In this document: positions 48,978-58,957 of the stretch, in pieces
How the letters are laid out: each line of letters starts with the position of its first letter
Position numbering within the stretch: the first letter of the stretch is position 1
Source: Sandaracinaceae bacterium
Lineage (GTDB): Bacteria > Myxococcota_A > Polyangia > Polyangiales > Sandaracinaceae
Assembly (NCBI GenBank): GCA_044220955.1
Contig: JBGAQA010000022.1
Coordinates: 20,734 to 84,733 of the forward strand
DNA: 64,000 nt
Direction of reading: 5' to 3'
Translations under genes and position numbers: made by a program
The notes under the pieces: generated by a model
Databases searched by the model: none
Told to the model about the DNA's origin: nothing
What the model saw: the letters and a program-made list of their open reading frames with translations, nothing else

Positions 48978-49177
48978 TGAAGGGGCGCGCCGCGCTCACG
49001 GTCGGTTCGCTGCGCGGGCAGCCGCAGGCCGCGCGTCCCGTCATCCGCCCGAGCGTCGATCCGAGGATCGCCGCGGCCGAGGCGCGTCCGCGCCGCTGCT
49101 GCGGCACTGGCTGTGCGGACTGCCCCGTGGGGCGCAGGATCCGCGCCGCGCGGCTGGGGCTGCCCGTCGCGCCATGA
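48977..49177 (+). CDS. Small Cys-cluster protein (CCGxGCxxCP motif), 66 aa
   Basis: TGATG coupling with the upstream stop; CCGTGCADCP. Confidence 0.55.
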   Translation: MKGRAALTVGSLRGQPQAARPVIRPSVDPRIAAAEARPRRCCGTGCADCPVGRRIRAARLGLPVAP

Positions 49178-49272
49178 GACCGCCGCATCGAGCGCCGTGG
49201 CCTGCTCCCTACGTTCCGCGGCTCCACCCCCCGCCCGGCGTGCTTGCGGGCTGATTCCTCGCGTGTGGCGCG

Positions 49273-49288
49273 TGGCCCGTCGCTTGCT
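49273..49288 (+). promoter_or_regulatory. Sigma54 (-24/-12) promoter
   Basis: TGGCCCG-TCGC-TTGCT versus consensus TGGCACG-N4-TTGCW (1 mismatch); predicted TSS about 49299-49300. Confidence 0.65.
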
Positions 49289-49299
49289 CGACCGCCGCC

Positions 49300-49560
49300 A
49301 TGAACGCCAACCTCAAGCGGTCCTGCCGGACCGCGCCCACGCACCGTGCGACCCTGCGACTGAGCCGCCTCCGGGCCGAGCGCTCCGGCTTCCGTCCGCC
49401 GGCCGCGGGACCCACCGAGCGCGTGGTCGTCCGTGACGTGGCGCGCGGCGCTCCGCCGGCTGCCGCGAGGTCGACGCGCGACGCCGCGTCGATCGAGGAC
49501 CCTCACCCCGCGAAGGGAAGCGCCGCGGTGACCGCGCCGAGTCGACCCCTGCGTCGCTGA
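49300..49560 (+). CDS. Putative small basic protein (86 aa) or sRNA transcribed from the sigma54 promoter
   Basis: ATG coincides with the predicted TSS; no recognisable domain. Confidence 0.35.
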   Translation: MNANLKRSCRTAPTHRATLRLSRLRAERSGFRPPAAGPTERVVVRDVARGAPPAAARSTRDAASIEDPHPAKGSAAVTAPSRPLRR

Positions 49561-49758
49561 CGGGGCGACGTCCCCGTCCTCCCTCGGCAGTCGGAGTGAA
49601 TCGGCCTGCCTCACCCGCCTGTCCTCGCGACGTCCGTCGCGACGCCAGCTGCCCGTCGACGATTCTGTCCCAGAATCGTGATCGGTCATCTAGCCTCGCC
49701 CCGCAGTGCTCCCGGGCCGCGGCCTCGCGAAGCTCCGGGCGACCGCTCGACCCAAAGC

Positions 49759-50904
49759 ATGCACGGAATCTCGCCCGAGCTCCTGGTGTCCCAGGTCCGT
49801 AACACCGCCCCCTACGTCTTCGGCGAGCCTGCGGACGCTCCGCTCGTCGTCGCCTCGGCGCCCGCGGCCCTCGTCCGGGCGCAGGCGCGCGTCGCCGCCG
49901 GCTCCCTCTCGCACTTCGAGTACTTCCGGCTCTGCTTGAGCGCGCACTACCTCACGTGCGCCACGCCCGTCCCGACCGACGTCGACAACCAGATCCGGAA
50001 GAAGCTGTGGCCGGCGGGCTTGCCCCTCGCGACCGCGCTCGAGATGGCCCAGCTCGTCCTCGACAGCCACGCGTGGGACTTCCTGGCGCTCACGACCCGC
50101 GCGAGCTTCGGAGCGCGAGGCAGCGCGTGGGAGCGCGAGCCGCTCCACGGCCACCTCGGGGAGTGGTTCACGGTCGCGTGCGGCGCGTACGCGGCGCTCG
50201 GTCCCTACCGCGCGCAGGACGCGAGGCGTCTTCGCGCGGCGCTGCTCGACGCCATCGCGCACGAGATCGAGCGACACTCGGAGATCTTCGGCTCGCTCTG
50301 GCGCGCGAAGGACGGGCTCGGCGCGCTCCGGGCGTCCGCGAGCATCGCGCACAACCTCGGCGACCTCGATCGTGTGGTCGACATGTGGGACGTCTCGCCT
50401 GCCGACCCGCTGCGCCAGCGCTTCTACAAGCTCACGGCGTCGGCGTTCGGATCCGAGCGCGAGCTGCGCTACGGAGGGCGGCTCTGGACCGCGGGCGAGC
50501 TCTACAAGGCCCTGATCGACGGATCGTCGATGGCCTTCGAGAACCACCGCCACTTCGCCCTCCGCAAGCCGCGGGCGATCCGCGCGTACCCGGAGCTGCG
50601 GATCCCGCTCGGGCCCTTCCTCGACGGCTGGGGCGCCGAGGTCGCCGAAAGGCTCGACGGCGAGGATCTCCTCGAGACGATCGACGCCCTGATCCACGGC
50701 AGCGAGCGCCTCGAGGGCACGATCGGCTACGCGCGCGCTCTCCGCGCGATCCTCGAGGCGCGGCCCGAGCTGGCCTCGCGCGCGAGCGCGCTGCGGAGGG
50801 TGCCGCGCCTGCGCAAGGTGCTCGAGACGCCGCGCGAGGAGCTCGAGGCGCGCTGGAGCGCGGCGGCGCTCGCGCACCTGGACGAGATCCCGTCGCGCGC
50901 GTGA
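49759..50904 (+). CDS. Hypothetical protein with His-rich motifs
   Basis: 381-aa ORF with strong codon bias; SAHY.TC.TPVPTDVDNQIR, HGHLGEWF, AHNLGDLDR, ENHRHF. Confidence 0.75.
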   Translation: MHGISPELLVSQVRNTAPYVFGEPADAPLVVASAPAALVRAQARVAAGSLSHFEYFRLCLSAHYLTCATPVPTDVDNQIRKKLWPAGLPLATALEMAQLVLDSHAWDFLALTTRASFGARGSAWEREPLHGHLGEWFTVACGAYAALGPYRAQDARRLRAALLDAIAHEIERHSEIFGSLWRAKDGLGALRASASIAHNLGDLDRVVDMWDVSPADPLRQRFYKLTASAFGSERELRYGGRLWTAGELYKALIDGSSMAFENHRHFALRKPRAIRAYPELRIPLGPFLDGWGAEVAERLDGEDLLETIDALIHGSERLEGTIGYARALRAILEARPELASRASALRRVPRLRKVLETPREELEARWSAAALAHLDEIPSRA

Positions 50905-51067
50905 CGCGCGCGCTCAGGGCGTGCAGCTGGCGAACGTCGCGGTCCGGATGCGCGCTCGGGCCGAGAGGAGACCCGAGCCCACCACGAACGCCCAGGCGAG
51001 CGCCACGAGGCGGGGACCGCGCGAGCCGTTCATCGACCGCGAGCCTCGCACGCGCGCGGCGCGCGCC

Positions 51068-51304
51068 TCAACCCTCGAGGCGGAAGTCCTCGATGACCGG
51101 GTTGGCGAGCAGCTTCTCGCACATCGACTTCAGCTGCGCCTTGCGCGCCTCGTCGTCCGCACCCTCGAGCTCGATCTCGACGAGCTTGCCGATGCGGACG
51201 TCCTTCACGCCCTCGAAGCCGAGCGAGCCCAGGGCATGGCGGACGGCGTCGCCCTGCGGATCGAGGACCTCGCGCTTCAGCGTCACGTAGATGCGGGCCT
51301 TCAT
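51068..51304 (-). CDS. purS: Phosphoribosylformylglycinamidine synthase subunit PurS
   Basis: VTLK.EVLDPQG...LGF..V..VRIGK...MCEKLLANPVIEDF. Confidence 0.96.
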   Translation of the reverse strand: MKARIYVTLKREVLDPQGDAVRHALGSLGFEGVKDVRIGKLVEIELEGADDEARKAQLKSMCEKLLANPVIEDFRLEG

Positions 51305-51314
51305 GGCGGATCTC

Positions 51315-52292
51315 CTACAAGCCTAGGTTGCGGCGCATGCGCGCGTGGGGGTCGTCGAGGTTCGGCACGAAGGGCGTGCCCATGATCGTCTCGCAGGCCT
51401 CGATGTACCGGCGCGAGGCCTCGACGCGGATCTCGTCCGGGATCTCCGGGATGGGGCCGTCACCCTTGAAGCCCTGCGCAGCGAGCCAGCGGCGGACGTA
51501 CTCCTTGTCGAAGCTCTCGGGCTCCTCGCCCCTCGCGCGTCGCTCCTCGTAGCTCGAGGCGAGCCAGTAGCGCGAGGAGTCGGGTGTGTGCATCTCGTCG
51601 ATCACGACGATGCGGCCGTCCGGCGTCTTGCCCATCTCGTACTTGGTATCGGCGAGGATGAGCCCGCGCTCGGCGCAGATCTCTCGGCCGCGGCGGAAGA
51701 GCGCCAGCGCCATCTCGCCCGCTCGGTCGAAGTCCGCCGCGCTCACCTCGCCGCGCGCGAGCAGCTCGTCGCGCGAGACCGTCTCGTCGTGCCCGCCCTT
51801 CAGCGCCTTGGTGCTCGGCGTCAGGATCGGGGCCGGAAGCGCGTCGTTCTTCTTCATCCCCTCGGGCAGCGCGTGGCCGGCGAACGTGCGCTTGCCCTCG
51901 GCGTAGTGCGTCCAGATGCTCGTGGACGTGACCCCCGTGAGGTATGCGCGCACGACCAGCTCGACCGCGAGCGGCGTGCACTCGACCCCGATCGTCACGT
52001 TCGGATCGGGCGCGCTCACGAAGTGACTCGGCGCGACGTCCTTGGTCGCCTGGAACCAGTACGCCGAGAGCCCGTTGAGCACCTGTCCCTTGAAGGGCAG
52101 GGTGCCGAGCACGCGATCGAACGCGGAGATCCGGTCCGTCGTGACGAGCACACGCGTCCCGTCGGGGCGCGAGTAGTTGTCGCGGACCTTGCCCTCGTAC
52201 TTCTTCCATCCGCTCGTGTAGGGCGGCCCGAGGTCGGTGTGATCGAGCGTGATCCCGAGCCCTCGGCGGAGCGTCTCCTGGTCGACCGGCAT
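51315..52292 (-). CDS. purC: SAICAR synthetase
   Basis: [57 protein letters not shown]. Confidence 0.95.
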   Translation of the reverse strand: MPVDQETLRRGLGITLDHTDLGPPYTSGWKKYEGKVRDNYSRPDGTRVLVTTDRISAFDRVLGTLPFKGQVLNGLSAYWFQATKDVAPSHFVSAPDPNVTIGVECTPLAVELVVRAYLTGVTSTSIWTHYAEGKRTFAGHALPEGMKKNDALPAPILTPSTKALKGGHDETVSRDELLARGEVSAADFDRAGEMALALFRRGREICAERGLILADTKYEMGKTPDGRIVVIDEMHTPDSSRYWLASSYEERRARGEEPESFDKEYVRRWLAAQGFKGDGPIPEIPDEIRVEASRRYIEACETIMGTPFVPNLDDPHARMRRNLGL

Positions 52293-52295
52293 CGC

Positions 52296-54263
52296 TCAGC
52301 TCGGCGTCTCGGACGAAGGCGCGGGCGAGCCGCCCTCGGCTTGCGTCTGCTCGGCCCGCGCGACCTCGGCGACGACGTCCTTGTCCCCGAAGCGCGCGCC
52401 CTGGATCTTCAGGATGGCGTCGTCGGCGCGATCCTTGGGGACGGCGACGAACGTGTGGCGGTCGCGGATGCGGATGCGACCTAGCTGCGCCTTGCCCAGC
52501 CCGGCGCGCTCCTCGAAGAGGCGCAGCAGGTCGACGACCTTGATGTTCTCGCGGCGGCCGAGGTTGACGAAGAGGTTCGTCATCCCCTCTTCGTTGAAGC
52601 GCTCTTCCGCGCGCGCGCGCTCGCCCGTGCCGTCGGTCGTCTCGGCCGGCGCCTCGCGGCCGCGGCGGGGCGGCTCCGCGGCCTCGCGCGACCCCGGACG
52701 GGCCTCGCGCGCTGCCTCGGGGGTGGGGGGGACGTCCGGGCTCGCGTCCGCCGGCAGGGCCTCCATCTCGCGCCGCCGCCGCCGCCGCGGCTCGCCGTCC
52801 CTCTCACGATCCCGGTCGCGATCCCGATCGCGATCCCGATCGCGGCTCCGCTCCGGTGCCCGCTCCGGTGCCCGCTCCTCGCTCGCGAGCGCGGGCGCCG
52901 GCCGCGGCGCCTTGGACCGCCGCGCGGCCGACGCCTGCTCGTCGACCTGGGCCGCGTCGCCGGCCCCGCCGAAGAAGGCGTGAACGAGCCCCGCGACGAG
53001 CCGCTCGCGGTCGTCGTGCGTCAGCAGCCGGCGCGCGATCGCGCGGTCGAGCGCGCTCGGCTCCGCGGTGAACCCGGCATCGAGCATCTCGACGCGATCG
53101 AGCTCGGCCCGCGTCCGTAGGTCGCCCGCGGACGGCAGCGTGCGCTCGATCGGGAAGATCTTGTAGGTGAGCCGGAGGTAGTAGAGCGACCCGAGGTCGG
53201 CGCCCGCCACGAGCGAGATGGCCGTGCCCGTGCGTCCCGCGCGCCCGGTGCGCCCCGTCCGGTGCACGTACTGCTCCAGCTCCTGCGGGAAGTCGAAGTT
53301 GATCACGTGCGTCAGGTGCGAGATGTCGATGCCGCGCGCGGCGACGTCGGTCGCCACCATGAAGCGCAGCTTCCCCTCGCGCGTTCGCGCCAGGACCGCC
53401 TCGCGCTGGCTCTGCGGCAGGTCGCCGTTCAGCCAGTCCGCGGTGTAGCCCGCCGCCTGCAGCTCGCTCGCGACCTGCTCGGTCACGGCCTTCGTGTTGC
53501 AGAAGACGATCGCGCTCTCGGGGTTCTCGACCTCGACGACGCGCACGAGGTCGCGGGCCTTGCCGAGCCCCGAGACGAGGTAGACGAAGTGGCTGATGCC
53601 CTGCGCTCCGACCTGGTCGCTCGAGAGCGCGAGCTGCACCGGATCCTTGAGGAGCTTGCTCGCGAGGCGCTGCACGCTCTCGTCGAGCGTCGCCGAGAAG
53701 AGCATCGTCTGCCGGGCCTTGGGCAGGAACTCGACGATCGCGTTCAGCTCCTCGGCGAAGCCCATCGAGAGCATCTCGTCGGCCTCGTCGAGCACCAGGA
53801 TGCGCAGGGCGTCCCCGTTCAGCGTGCCGCGGCGCAGGTGATCGAGGACGCGCCCGGGCGTGCCAGACACGATCTGCCCGCCCTGCTCGAGCTCGCGGAC
53901 CTGCTTGTCCATCGGCGCGCCGCCGTAGATGGCGACCGCCTGGATGCCCTTGTGGACGCCGATGCGCTCGATCTCTCTCGCGCTCTGCAGCGCCAGCTCG
54001 CGGGTCGGCGCGAGGATGAGCACCTGCGCGCCGCCGTCGGGACGCACGCGCTTGTCGACGAGCGGCAGGCCGAACGCGGCCGTCTTGCCGGTGCCCGTGC
54101 GGGCCTGCACCACCAGGTCCTTGCCCTCGGCGCCGGGCTCGTACGCGGCGAGCTGCACGGGCGTCGGCGTCGTCCAGCCGGCCTCGTCGATGGCGCGTCG
54201 CACCTCGGCCCCGAGGGGCAGGGCGTCGAAGGTGGCGTTGGGTACGGTCAGATCATCGGTCAT
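52296..54263 (-). CDS. deaD: DEAD-box RNA helicase (DeaD/CsdA-like) with DbpA-type RNA-binding domain
   Basis: PTPVQ, ARTGTGKT, PTRELA, TPGR, DEAD, SAT, ARGID, HRTGRTGR; C-terminal LFVNLGRRE...GRIRI. Confidence 0.9.
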   Translation of the reverse strand: MTDDLTVPNATFDALPLGAEVRRAIDEAGWTTPTPVQLAAYEPGAEGKDLVVQARTGTGKTAAFGLPLVDKRVRPDGGAQVLILAPTRELALQSAREIERIGVHKGIQAVAIYGGAPMDKQVRELEQGGQIVSGTPGRVLDHLRRGTLNGDALRILVLDEADEMLSMGFAEELNAIVEFLPKARQTMLFSATLDESVQRLASKLLKDPVQLALSSDQVGAQGISHFVYLVSGLGKARDLVRVVEVENPESAIVFCNTKAVTEQVASELQAAGYTADWLNGDLPQSQREAVLARTREGKLRFMVATDVAARGIDISHLTHVINFDFPQELEQYVHRTGRTGRAGRTGTAISLVAGADLGSLYYLRLTYKIFPIERTLPSAGDLRTRAELDRVEMLDAGFTAEPSALDRAIARRLLTHDDRERLVAGLVHAFFGGAGDAAQVDEQASAARRSKAPRPAPALASEERAPERAPERSRDRDRDRDRDRDRERDGEPRRRRRREMEALPADASPDVPPTPEAAREARPGSREAAEPPRRGREAPAETTDGTGERARAEERFNEEGMTNLFVNLGRRENIKVVDLLRLFEERAGLGKAQLGRIRIRDRHTFVAVPKDRADDAILKIQGARFGDKDVVAEVARAEQTQAEGGSPAPSSETPS

Positions 54264-54288
54264 GGGCGACAGGCCTTCAGGCAATGGG

Positions 54289-54456
54289 TCATCGAGAGCT
54301 CGAGTCGTGAGGAGAGGGGGCGAGGGACGCGTGCCCGTCGGGCAGCGCCCCATCCGGTGCGGGCCAGAACACCTGGCGCACCACGGAGACGAAGGCAGCG
54401 ACCACCACCCAGACGACGAGCACCCAGTACGCGAGCGCGAAGGCTCGACGCCCCAC
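54289..54456 (-). CDS. Putative small single-pass membrane protein
   Basis: RRAFALAYWVLVVWVVVAAFVSVVRQVFWP hydrophobic helix; start uncertain (54456 or 54558). Confidence 0.45.
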   Translation of the reverse strand: MGRRAFALAYWVLVVWVVVAAFVSVVRQVFWPAPDGALPDGHASLAPSPHDSSSR

Positions 54457-54672
54457 GCGTGCCGGATCGGCCCCGCGTGCGCGACGCGAGGCGGCTCCGG
54501 TCGACTGGGGACGCTGCTCTTTCCCGCGCGAGCGCCCGTCATCCGCTGGCTTTGTCACTACGGGGCGTCGGTGTAGACCCCGGCTCGATGGGTGGTCAAG
54601 CAGGCGGAGCGTTTCGGGGCGGAGAAAGAGGTGCGTCTTCCCACGCGGCCCGCCGTCTGGTAACGAGGCGCC

Positions 54673-55611
54673 ATGGACAACCAGTACGGGGCGGGCGGTG
54701 GTGGTGGGTTCGGGGCCGGCGCCCCCATGGGCGGCGGGTATCCCGGCGGCGGGGGCGGCGGTGTGCCGGGCATCCCGGCCTCGCTCGACGTCGGAGACGT
54801 CCTCTCGACGACCTTCCGCACGATGGGCCAGGCGTTCGTGCCCATCTTCGCCTGCGCGCTCGCCGTGGTGATGCCGACGACGATCCTGAACTTCGGGGTC
54901 AGCGTCGGAGCCTACTTCCTCACGCAAGAGGCCTCGCACGGGAGCCCCGACGAGGCGATGACGGCGGCGCTGCTCATCCTGCCGTTCACGTTCGTCGTCG
55001 CGATCATCGGCATCGCGCTGCAGGCGGTCGGACAGGGCGGCATCGTCTACGCCGTCGCCGAGCGGCTCAGCGGGCGCTCCCCGAGCATCGGCCAGGCGTT
55101 TCGCGTCGGGCTCTCGCGGGCGTTCTGGATGTTCCTGACGAACCTCTTGCTCGCGATCTGCGTCGGCATCGGGTTCGTGATGTGCTTCGTGCCGGGCATC
55201 ATCGCGAGCCTCTTCTTCGCCGTCGCCGCGCCGGTCTGCATCGTCGAGAGGCTCGGGCCGATCGACAGCTTGCAGCGGAGCATCCAGCTGACCGAGGGCA
55301 ACCGCCTCAACATCTTCCTCATCGGCCTCGCGGTGTTCGTCGGCTGGTTCGTGATCGCGCTCTGCATCCTCGCTCCGGTGCAGATGCTGGTGATGGGCGG
55401 CAGCGCGGCGGTCGCGGGCGGCGGCGCGGCGGGCCTGCAGGCGATGCAGGACCCTCTCTCGCTCGGGCAGATCCTCGGCCAGATCGTGAACATCCCGGTC
55501 ACGCTCTTCGCGACCATGGCCGGCTCGACGCTCGTCGCGGTGATCTACGCGCGCCTGCGCGGCCTGCGTGACGGCGTGGACGCCCAGGCGATCGCCAGCG
55601 TCTTCACCTGA
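54673..55611 (+). CDS. Integral membrane protein (GDPD-membrane-domain-like) of the MoxR cluster
   Basis: Gly-rich N-terminus; LDVGDVLS.TF; PVCIVERLGPIDSLQRS..L; Y..LR..RDG; 6 TM helices. Confidence 0.75.
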   Translation: MDNQYGAGGGGGFGAGAPMGGGYPGGGGGGVPGIPASLDVGDVLSTTFRTMGQAFVPIFACALAVVMPTTILNFGVSVGAYFLTQEASHGSPDEAMTAALLILPFTFVVAIIGIALQAVGQGGIVYAVAERLSGRSPSIGQAFRVGLSRAFWMFLTNLLLAICVGIGFVMCFVPGIIASLFFAVAAPVCIVERLGPIDSLQRSIQLTEGNRLNIFLIGLAVFVGWFVIALCILAPVQMLVMGGSAAVAGGGAAGLQAMQDPLSLGQILGQIVNIPVTLFATMAGSTLVAVIYARLRGLRDGVDAQAIASVFT

Positions 55612-55616
55612 TCTCC

Positions 55617-56480
55617 ATGGGCCGCTCGCTCGCCTCGCTCGCGCTGGCCGTCCTCGCGTGGGCGGCGAGCGTGGCGAGCGCGCAGGCGCCACCCCCGACG
55701 GACGCCGCCCCGGCCGCCGAGGCCGCCCCTTCGACGCCCGAGGCGCAGGCGGCGTCGCGCGTGCACGACGAGGGCGGCTACCCGAGCGACATCGTCGTGT
55801 TCGACGACGACGCCGACGCGACGGGGCACGGCACCGGTGACGGTCTCGGCGCGGGCGACGGGCCGACCGGGCCGCTCGATCTGCGGGGCGATCGCGACGG
55901 CGGCGAGCCCTCGCGCTCGATCGAGTTCCCGATGCCGCAGTTCCTCCAGGATCTGCTGCACGCCCTCGCGGAGCTGCTCGGCGTCGCCGCGCGGCCGCTC
56001 GGGTACGTGCTCTTCGCGCTCGGCATCGCGCTGGTGATCGCGCTCGTCGTGTACCTCGTCGTGATGATGCGGATCCCGAAGGTGGACCTGACGAGCCGTC
56101 GCCGGGACGGGGGGACGTCGGCGGGGCCCGCGCTCGATCCCCTGCTCGAGGGCTCGGACGCCTCGGCCGAGGAGCACGCGGCCGCGGGGCGCTACCGCGA
56201 GGCCATCCACGCGCTCTTCGTGCGCGCGCTGCGCGAGGCGACGCGGGCCGGCGACGTCGACCGGCGAGGGCGCACCGCGCGCGAGGTCGTCGCGCTCGTG
56301 GAGCGCGCCCACGGGCCGATGCCGCCGCTCGACGCGCTGCTCTCGCTGACGGAGCTCGTGTGGTTCGGCGGGCGTGCGGCGATCGAGGCGCAGTATCTCG
56401 AGGCCCGTGAGCTCGCGGCAGCCGTCGAGACGCGGGCGCGCGCGCACGGGCCGGCGCTGCCGATCGGAGCGCCGGCGTGA
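55617..56480 (+). CDS. DUF4129-like domain protein
   Basis: Signal peptide, TM helix, AAAGRYREAIHALF...RTARE...WFGG. Confidence 0.75.
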   Translation: MGRSLASLALAVLAWAASVASAQAPPPTDAAPAAEAAPSTPEAQAASRVHDEGGYPSDIVVFDDDADATGHGTGDGLGAGDGPTGPLDLRGDRDGGEPSRSIEFPMPQFLQDLLHALAELLGVAARPLGYVLFALGIALVIALVVYLVVMMRIPKVDLTSRRRDGGTSAGPALDPLLEGSDASAEEHAAAGRYREAIHALFVRALREATRAGDVDRRGRTAREVVALVERAHGPMPPLDALLSLTELVWFGGRAAIEAQYLEARELAAAVETRARAHGPALPIGAPA

Positions 56481-57918
56481 GCGATCCGACGCGAGGCCCG
56501 GCGCTGCGCACCGAGAACCGCGAGGGCGCGACGTTCACCGATCGCACGCGTGCGATCGTCGTGACGCTCGCGATCGTCTCCCTCGTGGCCACCATCGCCA
56601 CGATCGTGTTCGGCCGGACGCTCGCGCCCCCGCCCGCGCAGCCCCGCGACTCCTACGGCCGCGGCCCGCTCGGGCACCGCGCGTGGGCCGAGACCATGCA
56701 GGCGCTCGGCGTGCACGTCGTGCGCTGGACGCGGACGGACTATGGCGACGTGTCGGCGCCGCTCTTCCTCGTGGAGCCGGACAGGCCGGAGTTCCAGGCC
56801 GAGGACGGCACGCGCGTCTCGATCGCGGGGCTCTGCGCCAGCCGCGCCGAGGCGGGGCGCATGACGGTCATCGTGCTGCCGAAGTGGGTGATCGGCGCCT
56901 TCGGCCAGGTGGGCCCGGAGCTGCCGGGCCGCGTGCACGACGTGCTCGCAGGCACGCCCTTCGAGTCGGCGCAGGTCGTCTGGCAGCCGCGCATCACCGC
57001 GCACCGCGAGGAGATCCGCGCGACCTCGTCGGTGCTCGGCGAGCGTCAGCTCGCGCTGCCCTGGCCCCAGACGGTGGTCGGCCCGCAGCCGCTGCTCTCG
57101 GGGCCGACGGGCACGTTCATCGCCGCGGACCCGTCCGGGCGGACGTTCGTGATCTCGGACCCGGACCTGCTGCACAACTTCGACGTCCAGCGCGTCGATC
57201 ACGCGGCCGTCCTGCACGACTTCGTCACCGAGGTGCTCCATGCGGACACCATCGTCGTCGACGAGGTGTTCCACGAGCACGTGCAGACGCGCTCGCTCGC
57301 CGAGCTCTTCGCGCACTTCCCCGGCCTGCTCGCGCTCGTGCACGGCGCGCTCGCCATCCTGGTCGTCCTCTTCTACGGCCGGCGCCGCTTCGGCCCGCCG
57401 CGCAGCGAGCCCGCGCCCTATGGACGCGGCCCGCGCGAGGTGATCGACGTCGCGGCGGGCGTGCTCGCGAGCGGACAGACGGTCGAGAACCTCGCGCCCC
57501 GCTACGTCGAGCAGGTGATCCTCGACGCGCACCGGCGCCTGGGCCTGTCGGCAGGAGTGGTCCGCGAGGCGGACCCGACGCAATTGCGTCGGCCCGGCTC
57601 CGCCGGGCACTCCGGCCGGCTCGAGGGCAAGACGCTCGCGCAGAAGGCTGCCGCGCTCGACGGGATGCTGACGCGCCGGGGCCTGACGCCCGACGCCGTG
57701 CGCCTGCTCCACACCAGCCAGAGCGCGACGCGCGAGACGGCGCTCTCGGTGGCGGCGCGCGCGACGCGGCTGCGCGAGAGCCTGCTCGGCGCGCCCAAGA
57801 CGACCCCCGAGCCGAGGCGCCCGCAGGCCTCGGTCCCGCCGCCCCCGCCGATCCCTCCGCCTCCCACGATCGGCGAGCCTCCGAGTTCCCCCCAACCTCC
57901 CGCGAGCACGAGCAACCC

Positions 57919-57922
<4 letters not shown>
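56477..57922 (+). CDS. DUF4350-like domain membrane protein
   Basis: N-terminal TM, DSY...GHRAW, VISDPDLLHN, VVDEVFH, TM, RRFGPP; GTGA overlap; position in the MoxR cluster. Confidence 0.72.
57547..57620. repeat. Intragenic four-way-junction palindromic element, read in frame
   Basis: GGAGTG/CACTCC stem enclosing GTCCGC/GCGGAC, CCGACGCAATTGCGTCGG and CCCGGC/GCCGGG hairpins. Confidence 0.8.
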
Positions 57923-58875
<953 letters not shown>

Positions 58876-58878
58876 GCG

Positions 58879-58956
58879 CTCGCCCTCGCCCTCGCCCTCG
58901 CCCTCGCCCTCGCCCTCGCCCTCGCCCTCGCTCTCGCCCTCGCCCTCGCTCTCGCC
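58879..58956. repeat. Hexanucleotide microsatellite (CTCGCC)x13
   Basis: 78 nt; 11 CTCGCC plus 2 CTCGCT units filling the moxR-DUF58 gap. Confidence 0.95.
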
Positions 58957-58957
58957 G

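Noticed and set aside
58879..58956. (EG)n or (RP)n coding repeat in alternative ORFs
   Set aside because: Those frames are antisense or out-of-frame shadows of moxR/DUF58; the repeat is intergenic
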